Made by a program: the position numbers and the translations under genes
The notes under the pieces: generated by a model
Database searches by the model: none
What the model was told of the DNA's origin: nothing
Seen by the model: the letters and a program-made list of their open reading frames with translations, nothing else
Part shown: positions 1 through 14,203 of the stretch, in pieces
How positions within the stretch are numbered: position 1 is the first letter of the stretch
Layout: each line of letters starts with the position of its first letter
DNA from: Okamejei kenojei
Taxonomy: Eukaryota
Reading direction: 5' to 3'
DNA: 64,000 nt
Assembly: GCA_035221665.1 (NCBI GenBank)
Contig: CM069155.1
Coordinates: 29,946,001 to 30,010,000, forward strand

Positions 1-131
1 AGCAGAGTGAATATTGTTTTGAATAATAACATGATAATATGGCCTAATTAATCACAAAGAAACCAAAGCAAAATTCTCCATGGAACTGCCAGCATTATGG
101 ATCTGTGAATTCTCCCTTGGTGGAGATTCAA

Positions 132-292
132 TTTCGGGTCGAGATCCTTCTTCAGTCCTAGTCTGAAGAAGGGTCTCGACCCGAACGTCACCCATTCCTT
201 CTCTCCAGAGATGCTACCTGTCCCACTGAGTTACTCCAGCATTTTGTGTCTATCATCAGTTTAAACCAGCATCTGCAGTTCCATCCTACACA
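132..292. repeat. Penelope-end short repeat, partial fold-back dimer
   Basis: tttcgggtcgagatccttcttcag followed by ctgaagaagggtctcgacccgaacgtc...gagttactccagc. Confidence 0.85.
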
Positions 293-2331
293 TTCCTTCT
301 CTACACATCTATCCTTAAATACCTCATAATTCTATCAAAGTAAACTTTGGCATACTTGTTGAAGCAAATATAATATTCCAACAACATTATTTGGATAAAC
401 AATAGGGAATTCATAGAACAACGGTTTAATATGAAGGAAGAAAAATGTTTTCAAATAATTCAAACAGAAATGTATCACATAATACTTGATATCTGGTACA
501 TCATAATTTTAATAAATAACATAAATCCTAAATGATAAAAATATCTTTATACCTGCTTATATTGACAATATTAGGTCCGTCTCCAACACACTGAAACAGG
601 AGAGGAGGTTTGAAGGGCTGATTGATACGAAAGACACACATCAAATACAAAAATCAATTATAGCAATCAGCTTCTGACTGGCCCCTGGGAAATCCTACCT
701 TATTAGATACTGCAAAAATAAATCATAAATCACCGAGCAACTGGGAATGTGTTAACGGCAAAGGTCCTTTGCAATGAAATAATTTGAAATCATGAGAATT
801 TTTGGCACCTTAACACATTCACTTCAGCTACCCCCTGACAAAACCAATGCTGATATGAGAGCCTGAGCTGCACATGCCTACCAGTATATACAACAGTCAT
901 TGGCACAAAGTTTGGAAACAATAGTCCATTAGTGAGTAGGACATAATCTGAGTCCAACCTAAAATCACAAAATCCTGAACTCTATATATCTGTACACTAA
1001 ATGTAGATTTCTGTTAATAATAATAATCTAGTTTTCGCAGTAGCAAACTATGATTTTGGAACAAGATTTACAAAAATCCACTTTCTATTATTGGACTGAA
1101 TTGTAATACATATCATCCCAATGAGCCCTAAACCTCTGGTCCGTGCAGCCATATTTAATAATAACAAGCAAAAGACAAACTGCTGGAGGAGGAGTGACAG
1201 AAAACATTGAATTTGAACCTTTCAAACATCGTCTGTCTCTTTGCCCCCACAGATGCTGCCTGACCAGTTGTGTTCTGCAATGAATACAGTCCAACAACAG
1301 GCACCTGATATCACTTCTCCACAGCTGGCCAAGCAGTGCCTGCATTATAGCTGGTCTGCCAAGTTAAAAGATTGTTGTACTCTGGAAATCATATCCCCCC
1401 TCCTCCTCCAATTCACACCTGCCACGTTATGAAAGAGTGCATTTCCCATTGTGGAGAAGCAGCTCCCAGAACAGGAACTGGAAATCACAGGATGGTTGGC
1501 CAAGTTGACTTGAGACAAGAGGGACCCAAATCCACAAACTAGTTGGACCATATTTAGTCCGAGCTAGAAATTCAAGGAACAGCAGATGCTGGAATATTGT
1601 GCACAGCACAGTGCTGAAGTAACTCAGTGGGTCAGGCAGCATCTCTGAAGGACATGGATCAACGATAATTCAGGTCAGGATCCTTCTTCAAACTGTAATG
1701 AGACGGTGTCTAAAGAAAAGACCCGACCAGAAAAGTTGCCTAGCCATGTCCTCTAGAGATGCTGAGTTACTCCAGCGTTTTGTGTTCTATTCAGTCTGAG
1801 TTTATAAGTTAGTGATACTGTGGATACTATGGCAAGAATGTGCATTACGGACCATGTTCAGGTTCACTGATCAGTTATTGAATATTCAACATGTCAGTCC
1901 AGAGAAAGAGAAACAAGAGACAGACTCAATGCAGCCCTGATTCCCTGCCTCTTGTCAGATTCAAAGCTCCCCCCCAAACTCATGATCCTTCGAGGTGAAT
2001 ATCAGTGGCCCTCCCACCTTCCCATTCAATTGGTCTAACTGGGACAACTTTCTAAAAGGCCACAGCAGGGGAATAACTAACACATCAGCAAGCCAGAGCA
2101 GTAGTGAAGAACCTTAACAGCAGCCACTGAAGGCCAACGCTTTCTTTCTAAAGAAGAAACCGACCTTCATGAGCAGAGAATCCTTGATTTCGGGAGCCCG
2201 GCAATTACATCTATGATTGTCCCAAAAGGGACACGAGACAGATAGTTAGCGCCAAAGTATTGTATGAATAACAGTGATTCCGAGTGTGTGAATACAGCGG
2301 CATTTGCATTGAGATCCAACTTGTATTCTTT

Positions 2332-2565
2332 TGTTTGTCTCCCCGTGACCCGCGTGGGTTTTCTCTGAGATCTTCGGTTTCCTCCCACACCCCAAAGACG
2401 TACAGGTTTGTAGGTTAATTGACTTGGTAAATGTTTTGGGGTTTTTTTTTTTTAAATGTCCCTAGTGGGTGTAGGACAGTGTTACTGTGCGGGGATCGCT
2501 GGTCAGCGTCGACCCGGTGGGCCAAAGGGCCTGTGTCCGTGCTGTATCTCTAAATAAAACAAAAC
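2332..2565 (+). mobile_element. HE1-type V-SINE, 5'-truncated
   Basis: V-domain ctccccgtgacc.cgtgggttttctc...ggtttcctcccacac.ccaaagac; CR1-like tail gggccaaagggcctg. Confidence 0.85.
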
Positions 2566-4706
2566 TATTCTCAGGGCAGCATTTGAACCATAACGTGAGA
2601 CTTGTGGCTAACTGAAAGTTTAGCCATCCCTGCATTAATCAGTTTTCAGGCTCTTTTTGGCATTTTACCAGATGGTGAAGACATGAAAAGTACAAGTGCA
2701 GAGGTGTTCACCCACATCAAAGAAAGCATTTGAAAATGGCATCAGAACTGCTTGGCTCAGTTGTCAAATAATGACAAAGTTGTTGAATCACTGCCCACAC
2801 AGTCTAAAACAAAGTTTAATTTGCAGTACACACTGCACCAGTAATGCTTGGCCCAGAGTGTGCATTGGCAACTCACCACTGGTACACCTGTAAAGTTGGA
2901 ATATCCCTTCAGCCATGAAATGGGGCAGATAAACCACTAATTTTATTCAAAGGCCACGTACAAGCACCAATGAGAATGTATTGTTCCGCCTGAAACCACT
3001 GCGTAGTTTCAATAATAATAATGCAATCGCAGGTGGCTTCTTTTATTCCATAGCTACCTCCTTTTATAGATGGAAATTTATTTGCTTGTGATCCATTAAT
3101 GTTTCTAATTCATTGTTCTCCTTTCACCTTGTGTTTTCATTTCAGAAACACGTTCCACTTCCTGTGCTTATTTGTACAGTTGGATATGGAGCAACAATAA
3201 ATGTTTGGAAGTGTTGTAAAGACATATGATATAATTGAACAGCTGAGGAGTTAAATGGTCTTCAACTGCTTTCAACAAGGTAGATGTTTTCCAATATTAT
3301 ACCATCATCGATTTTCTGGCACCCTTGGTTCCAGAGCCTTTCTGGATTATCCAATTTGCCAGGCCTGTGGAGGTTACGGCCTCAAAGAGGAGTCGAACTG
3401 TACCAGAACAGTCCACCACGGGGCAAATTTGATCCGCTGATCGGCCATGGAAGTCCCGATAAGGTCGAGAATTCACACAGCCATTTTCTCAATGCTGAGT
3501 AATCCAGAAGTTGGTTTAAGGTGAGAGGGGAAATATTAAATAGGAACCCAAGGGGCACTTTTGCGCACAGTCGGTGGTACATGTATGGAACGGGCTGTCA
3601 GAAGAAGTGGTTGAGGTAGGTACAATTACAGCATTTAAAAGACATTTGGACAGGTACTGGATATGAAAGGTTTAGAAGGATATGGGTCAAAGGCAGGCAA
3701 ATGGGACTAGCTCAAATGGGCAATTTTGGTCATCATCGATGAGTTCATAATTCAGAGGTGCAGAGTTAGGCCATTCGATCCATCAAGTCTACTCTGCCAT
3801 TCGATTATGGCTGATCTATCATTCCTCTCAACCCCATTCTCCTGTCTTACCCCCGCAATTTTTGCAACCATTTCTAATCAAGAACCTGTCACTTGCAGCT
3901 TTAAAAATACCCAATTACATGGCCTCCACAGCTATCTGTGGCAATTAATTTCACAGATTCACCATCTTCTGACTAAAGAAGTTCATCCTCATCTCCTTTC
4001 TAAACGTATGCACTTTTATTCCCGAGGCTGAGCCTTCTGGTCCTAGACTCTCCCACTAGTGGAAACAGGATGGGCCGAAGGCTCGTTTCCATGCTGTATG
4101 ACTCCATGACTATGTATCCAGCCTGACTGAATCTAACCAGGTCACTGCTTGCAGTACATTGATCCTTCTATTTAACAAATAAGAGCTTTGCTTTGCCAAG
4201 ATCATGAGAATCAACACAGACATAATATGTCTCATAACCTGGCCTTGCAACCACTTATGGCCATGACTCATTGAGCAGCTGCCACTTAGCACCCCCTGGA
4301 GTTATAAAATTACTGAAAAATCAATCACCAAAGTCATTGCCAAATACTTGCTGCCCACAGTGTTCAGTGACACTACACACAGCTCAAATATTCTGATGCA
4401 ATATCGACAAATACCCTGACTACACCCTCTCCACTTTATTCCAACATATCAGTACTTCCACAACCAATTTACAGAGTTGGTGTTAAGTGAGGCCCCTCTG
4501 TGCTGCGGCAATCTCAAGACAATGGCTTGCGGACCAAACAACCTGCTCTGTTCAGCCTGCCGGCTGCACTCGAGGTCTGTAAAATACCTTGATCATCCCA
4601 TAATGCACATTAAATCAAGAGCAGTGGAAGTCACTGGTTGGAGAGTAAAAAAATCTGTATACCAATGAATTATGCCAAAATGACATCAGGCCCATACAAT
4701 GTGATA

Positions 4707-4750
4707 ACCAAATCTTAAGTAACTGGCACCAAATCTTAAGTAACTGGCAC
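4707..4750. repeat. Perfect 21-bp tandem duplication
   Basis: accaaatcttaagtaactggc x2. Confidence 0.9.
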
Positions 4751-4974
4751 TCTGTCTGTTCCAGCTTTATATTCGAGATAAAACACACATGGGGTCGGAA
4801 ATTCTGGCTGTTGGGGATTATACACAGAATCAGATTTTCTGCAAGGCTGCCGTAGTGCTACATTGGACTGAGCGCAACAATAGGATTTCAAGTGCACATT
4901 TGTTCCTTCATTGTTTCCTAACTGTGCAACATACACTGCAAAACTTTTCAAAGGGTACTGAAATGACCTCTTAC

Positions 4975-5060
4975 CCAGTGTCTAACTGAGCAATGCAAAA
5001 GGGTGTGATTCTTCTCCGTCCGTCAGCTGTCCTAGTTTCAATCTGTTTCTTTAATAAATT
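4975..5060 (-). CDS. HIRA: HIRA coding exon 13, B-domain (NLLKKQIETRTADGRRRITPFCIAQLDTG); gene continues beyond the left edge
   Basis: Hand translation matches the ASF1-binding B-domain; tatAG acceptor and GTAAG donor; 86 bp. Confidence 0.96.
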
Positions 5061-7449
5061 CTATAAAGGGAGAACAAGAGAGAAAGAAAATTCAGATGTT
5101 ATTATCCAGCACACTATTTGCTTCCCATTGGAGGTCTCAATAACATGGCCAAGGCTTTAATTTTTAATAAGCATTACGGTTATTCAGACTGCTTTTTTAA
5201 TGTCACAGACTACAGAAAGTGCAGCATTTCGGAGAAGCCTTCATTCAGAATACAAATCCTTCTATACAAAGGACCAAATGCGACGGTAGTAAAATACCTC
5301 CACAAAACACGATAGGCTGCTACAATTGCCATGCAAATAATTCTTGTGAATGGCGCTCTTGCCATCTTTCAGGGGATTTTTGAAACCCAACACCCCTTGG
5401 AAACAAGCTGCATCATATTACACCAGACATACATAATAGCAGTGGCACAATCAAGACTAACTCTCAGTGCAGGGCAGCAATTAAGTTATTTAATAAAAAA
5501 GTGACAGCCCTTGGTTATAAAAAATCATTTTCAACTACAGATTATTAGCACTTGTATTTCATGCAATATTCGGATCCATTTTGAATAAATGTACAAGTAG
5601 CCACCCCATGTACTCCAGAGTTTAAAACAAAGGATCTTGAAGGGTGTCAAGCCGAAGCGTCACCTATTCCTTTTCTCCAGAGATGTTGCCTGATCCGCCT
5701 AGTTGCTCCAGGTTTTTGTGTCTATCTTCGATCTTATAGTCATGTCTAGTTTGCTTGGTTACTGGTGATCAGTTATATTCTCCACGTTAAAGATAAAGCA
5801 GAGTTGTGGGACAGAATGACAACACTTCTAGAGTGAAGCTAAATGCACCCTGTCAAATGTTCCCAAGGTTCAGGTTTTATTTGTCTTTCTGCATTGAAGA
5901 ATTGTGTGAATAAATCACAGGATTTGCTGGGGGATTAGCTGCCAGATAAGGATGGTAAGGACATGAAAGGATGTTTCCATATCAACTGAATGTAAAGATC
6001 CTGCATGAAGTTAAATTTGACTAACTGCCATTTATTTCTCTTAAAGATCTGCAGCTATAGTTACGCATCAAGAAATCCTGAAAGCACCTCTTAAAACCAT
6101 TACTCCCATTATTAAAGGACACCACCTGCAGATTCCCCTCCGAGCCACATACCAAAACGGACTTGAAAATGCATCATTGTTCTTTTATTATTGCTGGGTT
6201 GAAATTCTCCGACACTATGGAAAGATTTAACCATGTGGTTCAAGGACACGCTATACTTTAGAAATGAGTGATAAATATTGGCTCCGTCAACCGCATTCCA
6301 TTGCTATCAACAGGCTTTTTTTTTTAGAGTAACTGAAACCGAAGACAGTGAAATGTGATGCATTTAGATTTTGGGCCACCTTGGTGAAGAGCAGTTAAAC
6401 AGTGTACCCTATCCTGCAATGAAGAAATCATGGTTTAACTATAAATTTCCCACACCACATAATCAGTGTGGAAGATCACTTGATATCTAAGTAACAGTGA
6501 AAATATAAAATGATTCATGTTCGGCTCATCATTTCTTAAAATTCAAAATTGCACTTGCCTTTTGTTTCTTAATGGTTGATTGGTGAATTAATTGAATAAT
6601 ATAGCATGGAAACAGGCCCTTCAGCCTATCAAGTTCACACTAACCATCAATCACCTGTTCATACCAGTTATATATTATCCCACCATAAAACTGAATCATC
6701 ATCCACCACACCTGTGGTTTAAGGCAGTTTAGCAGCTGCAGTGCTAATCAAGCACTAAATGCATATGTTTTTAGAGCTCCTCCTCCTGTAATCTGCTTGA
6801 CTATTCAGTCAGATGTGGGAAGACTGCACAGCATTGATCTGAACCATTGATTGTAGGATTACATGGTTTCATCTTTTACATACTGTTTTGGTGTGGAGAA
6901 GACAAGTTGTCCTGTGATGAAGCCTCACCAGTCGGCACATGTCAACCACATCTGGTACTACTGGTATCCGGTTCTACCCTTGTCAATACACCAAGGCTAG
7001 TCATCGGCCTCAGGTCTTCAGGACATCAGGTCACAGGTCACAGAATCCTTCAGCATTCAGCCAGCTCAGTCGGGGTGGCAGTAACAAGCCACTCAGGGTG
7101 AGTGAAATTGGGGTATATTCTCTGCCCCTGATATGTTCCATGCCTTTTTCAAATGTTGCTTACCATTGAGGAGTATTTACACAATAGCTGAGGGAGGGTA
7201 GTGGATGATATATCAGGTGCTATTTTACTTCATGGGACTGGAATCAATATTAAGGACAACTAAGGCTCTACTTTGCTGACTGCCCCATACCATATTGCTC
7301 TTTAGTGGTTCCGTACTGGCAATGTGATGGAACAATCTAGGAAATATCCCCAAGAACGTAACTACATCAGACTATTGCTTCAATGGTGTGTGGACAAATC
7401 TACCAATTCAGACCTAACCCAAATGCACATGTGAACTTTGTAAATTGAC

Positions 7450-7660
7450 TGGATCGAGAGTGGCAGCTCTGGAGTCACATTTAGGCCAGACCAGGAAGGG
7501 GTAATAGATTTCTTTACCTTAAAAATATCAGCAAACAAGATGGATTTTTTTAAACCACACTCATTTTTCCAGACCTCCATTGTTAATAATTAAATAATAA
7601 ATTTACCAGCTAACATTATGGGGTCTGAACTCAAGGCCTTGAATTACAAATCTGCACTTT
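7450..7660. mobile_element. Ancient LF-SINE-like / CR1-associated repeat
   Basis: ctggagtcacat.taggccagaccagg.aagg...agatt resembles my recollection of that consensus; not verified by search. Confidence 0.4.
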
Positions 7661-8699
7661 CACCGCTGTTCCCCTATTACTATAGCCGCTTGTAACAATG
7701 TACAACAGATTTAGTCACACTTCCCTCAAATATAACAGTGAACTGGTCCCAGTGATTGCTGGAGTATACAAATGGCTGCTCCCATTTACTAATTCAGGAT
7801 GTGAGAAGCAAACTTTGTGGAACGTTGCTCTGTTCCATTGCACACTGCAAGTTAACTAATAAGACAATAGTCAGCAGCAATTTTGCATATTATTTAAAGT
7901 AATTTCAACTGTAGTGAAAATCAAAAATCTGCAGATGTTGGAAATATAAAACAATTACAGAAAATCTTAAAAATACTCAGCAAGTCAGACTGCATCTGTG
8001 AAGTATTTCCAGCATTTTCTGGTTTTGCTTTTAAGAATTGTATAAAGTTCAAAAGAACTAAAGTAGTCAGTTACAAAACAACCAAGATTGTTTGAGCAGT
8101 TTGCTTTCTCTGTCTGAATAGGATCGGGAGCTGCTTGTTTGCTTCAGCTAGGGAGGGAATTGGTAACAGCCTATTTTAGGAGGATCTGCTAACATCTTGT
8201 AATCCATGCATGACTGAATAACAAGGCTTAGTCCTTGGCGTTACGTCAACAGCAGCATATTTAAATAACAAAAACAAGATAGATAGCATTAAGTTGGGCC
8301 ACTTCAAAGCAGAATTCGTTAACTGATATAAACATTTCCATGCAAGATTCAGGACAGCTCAAGAAGGAAAGGTCAAGGAAGACACCGATGCCTGTCACCA
8401 GTTGTTTCTCCAATCTAGTCTATTAACAATATGTATGTCATGGATTAAGCAGCTGTTCTTCTAGACCTCCTGTTATTCAACTGTCAATATAATCCAGTAA
8501 ATTAATACTAAACTTTAGGCCATTAATTGGTTTGCACACTAATGATTTAATAGTTCTTCCCTTTTATAAAAATAAACTTATTTTTGGAGTCTGGCCATTG
8601 TTGGCAAAGCAGCATTTATTGTCTATCCTTAATTGATCCGAGGTGGTGGTGAATCGGCTTCTTGGAACCCCTACTGTTCCAGAGAGACTCCCATATTGC

Positions 8700-9280
8700 T
8701 GTTGAGTAAGAAGGTCATGGATTTGGGAATATCAAATAGGAGTAGGACATATGCAATAAACAGTTGTGCACTAAGGAATGTTGATGAACATAGAGACGCA
8801 GGGGACCAAGTCTGTAGTTACCTGAAAGTGATAACATGGGTCAATAGGGTGGTAAAGGCAGCAAACGGCATGTTTGACTTTAGCATTCAAGATTTGGAAT
8901 ATTATGTTGTAACTTTGAGATATTGTTTTGGCTGCACTGGAGTATTGATAGTAGTATACAAGATTATGAGAGGCATTGATGGGTTAGATAATCAATTTGT
9001 TTACCCCACAACAACAATAGGGCCTAGTTTCAATACGAGGAGTAGGAGATTTAAAGGGAATGTTAGAGAGTGTGTTTGATATCTGTGGAAAATATTGCTT
9101 GAAGTCTTGATAAAATCAGATACAATTACTACGTTTAAGAGTCAGTAAGGCACACAAATAGTCAAGGCATAGAAGGACATAGCCCTAATGTGGGCAAATA
9201 GAATTGGTGTGCTTGGGCAAAAAAGTTTGTCTGGCTTGGGTAAGGTCAGCCCGTTTCTGTGCTGTACAATTCTGTGACTA
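8700..9280 (+). mobile_element. Old CR1 3' fragment
   Basis: VNRVVKAANGM...VYKIMRGID...TRSRRFK in ORF 8633..9079. Confidence 0.7.
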
Positions 9281-11580
9281 TCTACATTCAAGGATAATGA
9301 ACGAGCAGTAATATACTTCCAAGTCAGGATGGCAAACAGTTTGGAGGGAACATACCATTGTGGTGGTTCCATGGCTTCAGAATCTGCTGAATTAGAATGC
9401 ACCGATGGATTAGCTGAGTATCTGCTCTGAATTTGTGCATTGCTGGCAAAGCACTGTGCACCCACGGACCAGGAAATGAGTGCTCAAGGAGACTGATGGT
9501 CTGCTAATCAAGCAGGCTTCTTGACAGTCACTGGCACTGCACACACCAGGAGCATTCCATCATGCTCACAAGATGACTTGCAGATGGTTAAAACGCGAGT
9601 TGGTCACTGCAGGGTATCCAGCCTTTGCCTGCTCTTGTAGCAACAATATTTATGTTGCTCATCCAGTTACATTTCTGCTCTGTGCTGACTACCAGGATAT
9701 CATGGTGCGGGACTCAGTGATGGCGATGCCATTGAATGTCCAAGGTAAGTTATGTGACTTTCTCTGCTGCAGATGGTCTTTAACTGGCACTTTAGTAGCC
9801 ATTCCTCAGCTCAGGCCTGAATGTTGTCCAGAATTTGCAGACATGAACAGCTTTATTTGCAGAAGTTACAAATAGAGTGTTTTCAATCATCAGCAAGCAT
9901 ATCCTCTCTGATCATGTGATGAAGAGAGGTCACCAGGCAGAAGATAGCTGGGCCTATGACGATGCTCTGAAGAACTCCCACACAGGTGTCCTGTGGCTCG
10001 ATTATTGACCAACTACCTTCTTTTGTGCAAGGTACAATTCCAAACGCAAAAGTATTTTTGCTAGCTTCAGTTTTACCAGGGTATTTTGATGTCACACTCA
10101 GTTTCACTTCACATCTTTGAAACATGGCAGCTCCGTCACTTTACCGAATTGCAAACGATATACATTTTTAGTGGTTCTATCACGACTTATAGTTCCAAGT
10201 ATTTAACGTCATTTGAAGATTTTTTCAAGTAGCATCGGGGTCATGAACACTGTTACCATAGCAACTAATTTGCACCAAGGACCCACAAACTGCATTATAA
10301 TAAAGATGGGAAAACCAGTTTCAGTGAAAATAATTTGGAAGAAAATAATGACCTGGATGCAAGGGAGGATGAAAATAGTGCCATAAGACCTTAAATTCTG
10401 CTTCAAAGGAAAGCCCAACCGGTTTAACATAACATTTTTATAAAAGTGATCAGACAAAGGAATAAAACAGTGACAAATATCGATGGTAGCGTACAGCCTT
10501 CATCTTAGATTCCATTTGGGCAGAGATGAAAAGCAAGTCCAATGAAAGAGGACAAGAATGGAATTTAAAAATATGAATTACTTTGCCTCCAAAATGATAA
10601 GTTAAAACAATTATAGAATAAAATATCAGATTTTGAATGTATGATTAGAACAGGCAATTAAAAAGGGGTGCATTTTACAAGCTACATACAGGAAAAAGAC
10701 ACTTGCTACTCAAGTCTAATTTCCTCCAAAATATTTCAAAAATATTGCATTGATATGAATTCTAAATTAATTGAAATTGCATTAAAGTGCACATGTCTAA
10801 TTTACAGCAGAGAAACAGGCCTTTCAGCCCAACTTTCCATACCAACCTAGATGCCCCATCCAAGCTAGTCCCATTTGCCCACATTTGGTTCATATCCTTC
10901 AAAACCTCTATCCATGTACCTATCCAAATGTGTTCTATATACTAATATACCTGCCTGTTACGTTAATGTTATACGTTATATGTTATATGTTAATGGTATA
11001 TGTTAATATACCTGCCTCAACTATATCCTCTGGCAGTTTATTCCGTATAGCCATCAATTTCTGTGTGGAACAAATTGTCCCTCAGGTTTCTATTAAATCT
11101 TCCCTCTCACCTTACACCTATCCCCTCTAGTTCTTGTTTAAGAACTGCAGATGCTGGAAAAATCAAAGGTAGACAGAAATGCTGGAGAAACTCAGCGGGT
11201 GAGGCAGCATCTATGGAGTGAAGCAATATGCGATGTTTTGGGTCGAGACCTCCAGTTCTTGATTCCCCTATTTTGTGAAAAAGACTATGTGCATTTCCCC
11301 TTCATGATTTTATACACATCTATATGGTCACTCCTCCTCTTTGGGGCACAAAAAGGAGCAGAAGGAAGTGTAACATGTTCTCATGAAACATTTGTGAACA
11401 TTTCCAAAACATTTCAAATAGCAATGATTAATAAGTGGATTCTGTTTCAGGTCCCATAACTGATAACCTCTCTGGGTATCAGTTATAAACCATCCCTGCT
11501 ATATTCAAACCTGTGACCCAAAAACACAAATTGTATTTATTTAAATTTCAATGTTCAAGAGGCTGCTTCTTATCCATTAC

Positions 11581-11793
11581 CTTCCGAATGTCCTCCAAGC
11601 TCTCTCCATTCAGCATATTCGGCACTTTGGTGGCCATCAGTTCCCTGGACCCCAATGCGTTTTTCTGCTCCTGTAACTGCTTCTGCTGCTGTTGGTACTT
11701 AAGCATCTCTGGATTTTCAATGATGGTGGTGGACAGTTGCTGCTCCGTTGTAATTGCTAAGCTTTTGCCATAAGTCTTCTGGTGAATCATATT
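11581..11793 (-). CDS. HIRA: HIRA coding exon 12 (NMIHQKTYGKSLAITTE...NGESLEDIRK)
   Basis: Within ORF 11548..11808; CAG acceptor and GTAAT donor; 213 bp. Confidence 0.95.
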
Positions 11794-13129
11794 CTGCAAG
11801 ACAGACATAGAAAATTTGGGTCACCAGGCAGGTAAAGAGTAATAATTTGCCTTAAAGGGGAATGTTTAATAATCTAATAATCAGATAAATTTCTGCTCAC
11901 AGCGAGTTATGTTCTCTTGACAACAGAAAGCAATCTTATGTAGGTGAGTGTAACATCTGCATGCACTAAAAGATTTCTGCTCTTTTATGGAAACTGTAGC
12001 AATACTAACTCAGCCTAAATTTTACATTTTAATTACCTTTTGAATTGAAATGAATGAAAACCAAACAGTGCACAGCATATGGATATTAAATCTTACCCTG
12101 CCCTAACTTTACTTGTGAAAATACTGGAAACTTGAATGTGCACAAGTTTAACTCTCGTTGTCCAGCATCATTGTTGCAAGTAGGAAACAATTAATCTCCA
12201 AGAACATATTCCAGGTATACATATAAAAAGTATTTGTTTGATGCAGGAGCTAAATGAGCATGCTAATAACAAATTAGTCGGTGCAATTCAGACTAGTATA
12301 AAAAGACAAAAACGTACATAGCCAGTTTGTGAATTTGTTTTTAAACTACTCAAGTTGGGATCTCACCAAATATACATTTTAATAATTGCAGTATACATGA
12401 TGTTGAGTCCTTCTGAACAAACTGCGGGAGAGTTGAGGGTACTCGAGAGAGTACGCGTTTTAATGTAAAGGTATAAATGAGAGTGGTGGGGATTAGTGAT
12501 TACTGCAATATAAATCTCTATCAGTAATGAAGCCTGGGTTCAGTTTAACTGCATTTTTGCAAGCATTTTGATTACTCTTCTTCAGTCATAGTTGGCCAGG
12601 TCATCAAAGGCTATGAATGCTCATGTGCAGCTCTGTGGAAAATGGTGATCTCCTCCAACCTTTCCAATACCAAACAATCCTGCACCAGGGGACCCACTCA
12701 CTTGGTGCCAAAAATATTTACTACCAAAAACTCCAGTGATCCACCATCAAATGGCATCACCCAATAACACGAGGGTACTAAATCACAGCATTTGTCACCT
12801 GGAAATTAACGAACAAGTATTCATTGGATAATTTTTCTAATTATTTTATTTGGAAACCTCATTTTCAAGTAGTAATTCATTTATTTTTCAACTTCTACAT
12901 TTCACCTTCTTATGAGATCACCCCTAACCCCATGAGTAACATTATTAGTTTGGGAAAGTTATATCACATTTAATCCCAGGATACCAAAACCACATCCCTG
13001 CTTGAAGATTATTGTTTCTCTGGTACAAGAACAGACCCACCTGCAAGTAATTTAGTAATTTGCACCAAGTTGAGAATACAAGCACATTGATGTAGTTGCT
13101 GCTGCTGTACTTTAAATTAGCTCAGTTAC

Positions 13130-13235
13130 CTTCTCCTCCTCAGTTAGTGGATCACCCAATTCTTCCTGTGAGAAATCCAGAAATGCCACTGTTCCATCCA
13201 TTGAGCATACCAGCAAACCCAATCCTGTTAAAGTC
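13130..13235 (-). CDS. HIRA: HIRA coding exon 11 (TLTGLGLLVCSMDGTVAFLDFSQEELGDPLTEEEK)
   Basis: Within ORF 13112..13333; CAG acceptor and GTAAC donor; 106 bp. Confidence 0.96.
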
Positions 13236-13512
13236 CTGGTGTAAAATAAAACACAAACTATATTTAACACCTTCAAAGTCAACACGTTCGCTCTCAAATT
13301 ATGAATTAGCTGCAAATTATGATTAGTTCCCAATCAATGAAAAATTCATGGATGACAAGAAGGATCTGCCTTTCAATTAGCATTATTAAATAAATGAGTA
13401 CAATTAACATTTTTTTTTAAATTAGATGCATATAGAAAACTCGTGCTGGGCCAAGAAGAGTTGAAAAGCCGAAGATGGCATTCTAACATTGAAAAAAAAT
13501 GGGGTCAGTTAA

Positions 13513-14203
13513 GCTGCTGTCCCACTTACGTGTCCTTGGCACGCTAATTACGCGACCTTGTGGTCGCGTTGAGGTGCTACGGTCCCGCGAAGGTCGCGCA
13601 CGTCTTCATGCGCCCGCACAGCCGTCTGGAGCGCGTGACGTCATTTGAAGATGGACGCAAAATGCAGGAGTAACTCAGCGGGACCGGAAGCATCTCTGGA
13701 GAGAAGCAATGGGTGATGTTTCGGGTCGAGACTCTTCTTCAGTCTGAAAGAAGGGTCTTGACCCAAAACGTCACCCATTCCTTCTCTCCAGAGATGCTGC
13801 CGGTCCTGCTGAGTTACTCCAGCATTTGTGTCTATCTTCAATTTTCTTGGCCCGCTCTGGGAGTAGGAGTGGGGGCGGATCCGGACCGCAACAGCCGTGA
13901 GCCCCAGGCCGAGCTCAGCGATCGTTTGCCTGCTTCTGCTGCTGTTGGAGGAGATGTTACGTCGCGCCAGGGTCTTGGGCCTGTCCCACTTAGGCCGTCA
14001 GTTACGCGACAGGCCATTGGTGAACGAAGATTTAGTTCCCTACAAAAATTTCGTAGCCCGGCGCGATGTCGCGCACAACTACATACCCCTCCGCGCTTCT
14101 CAGTGGGACCAGCCCCACGCTGCCATACGATGCCCGTGCGCCTCAACGCAACCACGAGGTTGCGTAATTTGCGTGCCAAGGACACGTAAGTGGGACAGGC
14201 CCT
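13513..14203. mobile_element. Non-autonomous TIR DNA transposon (MITE-like), composite
   Basis: About 65-bp TIRs (ctgtcccacttacgtgtccttggcacgc... / ...gcgtgccaaggacacgtaagtgggacag); TTAA on both flanks (13509-13512 and 14204-14207). Confidence 0.85.

Noticed and set aside
2705-2745. PFSNAFFD peptide on the - strand resembling HIRA exon 14 (DFSTAFFN)
   Set aside because: No acceptor AG at the right position and downstream residues do not match
2877-2887. Possible 11-nt microexon on the - strand (tttacAG GTGTACCAGTG GTGAGT)
   Set aside because: Frame-shifting, with no homology support; such motif pairs arise by chance in long introns
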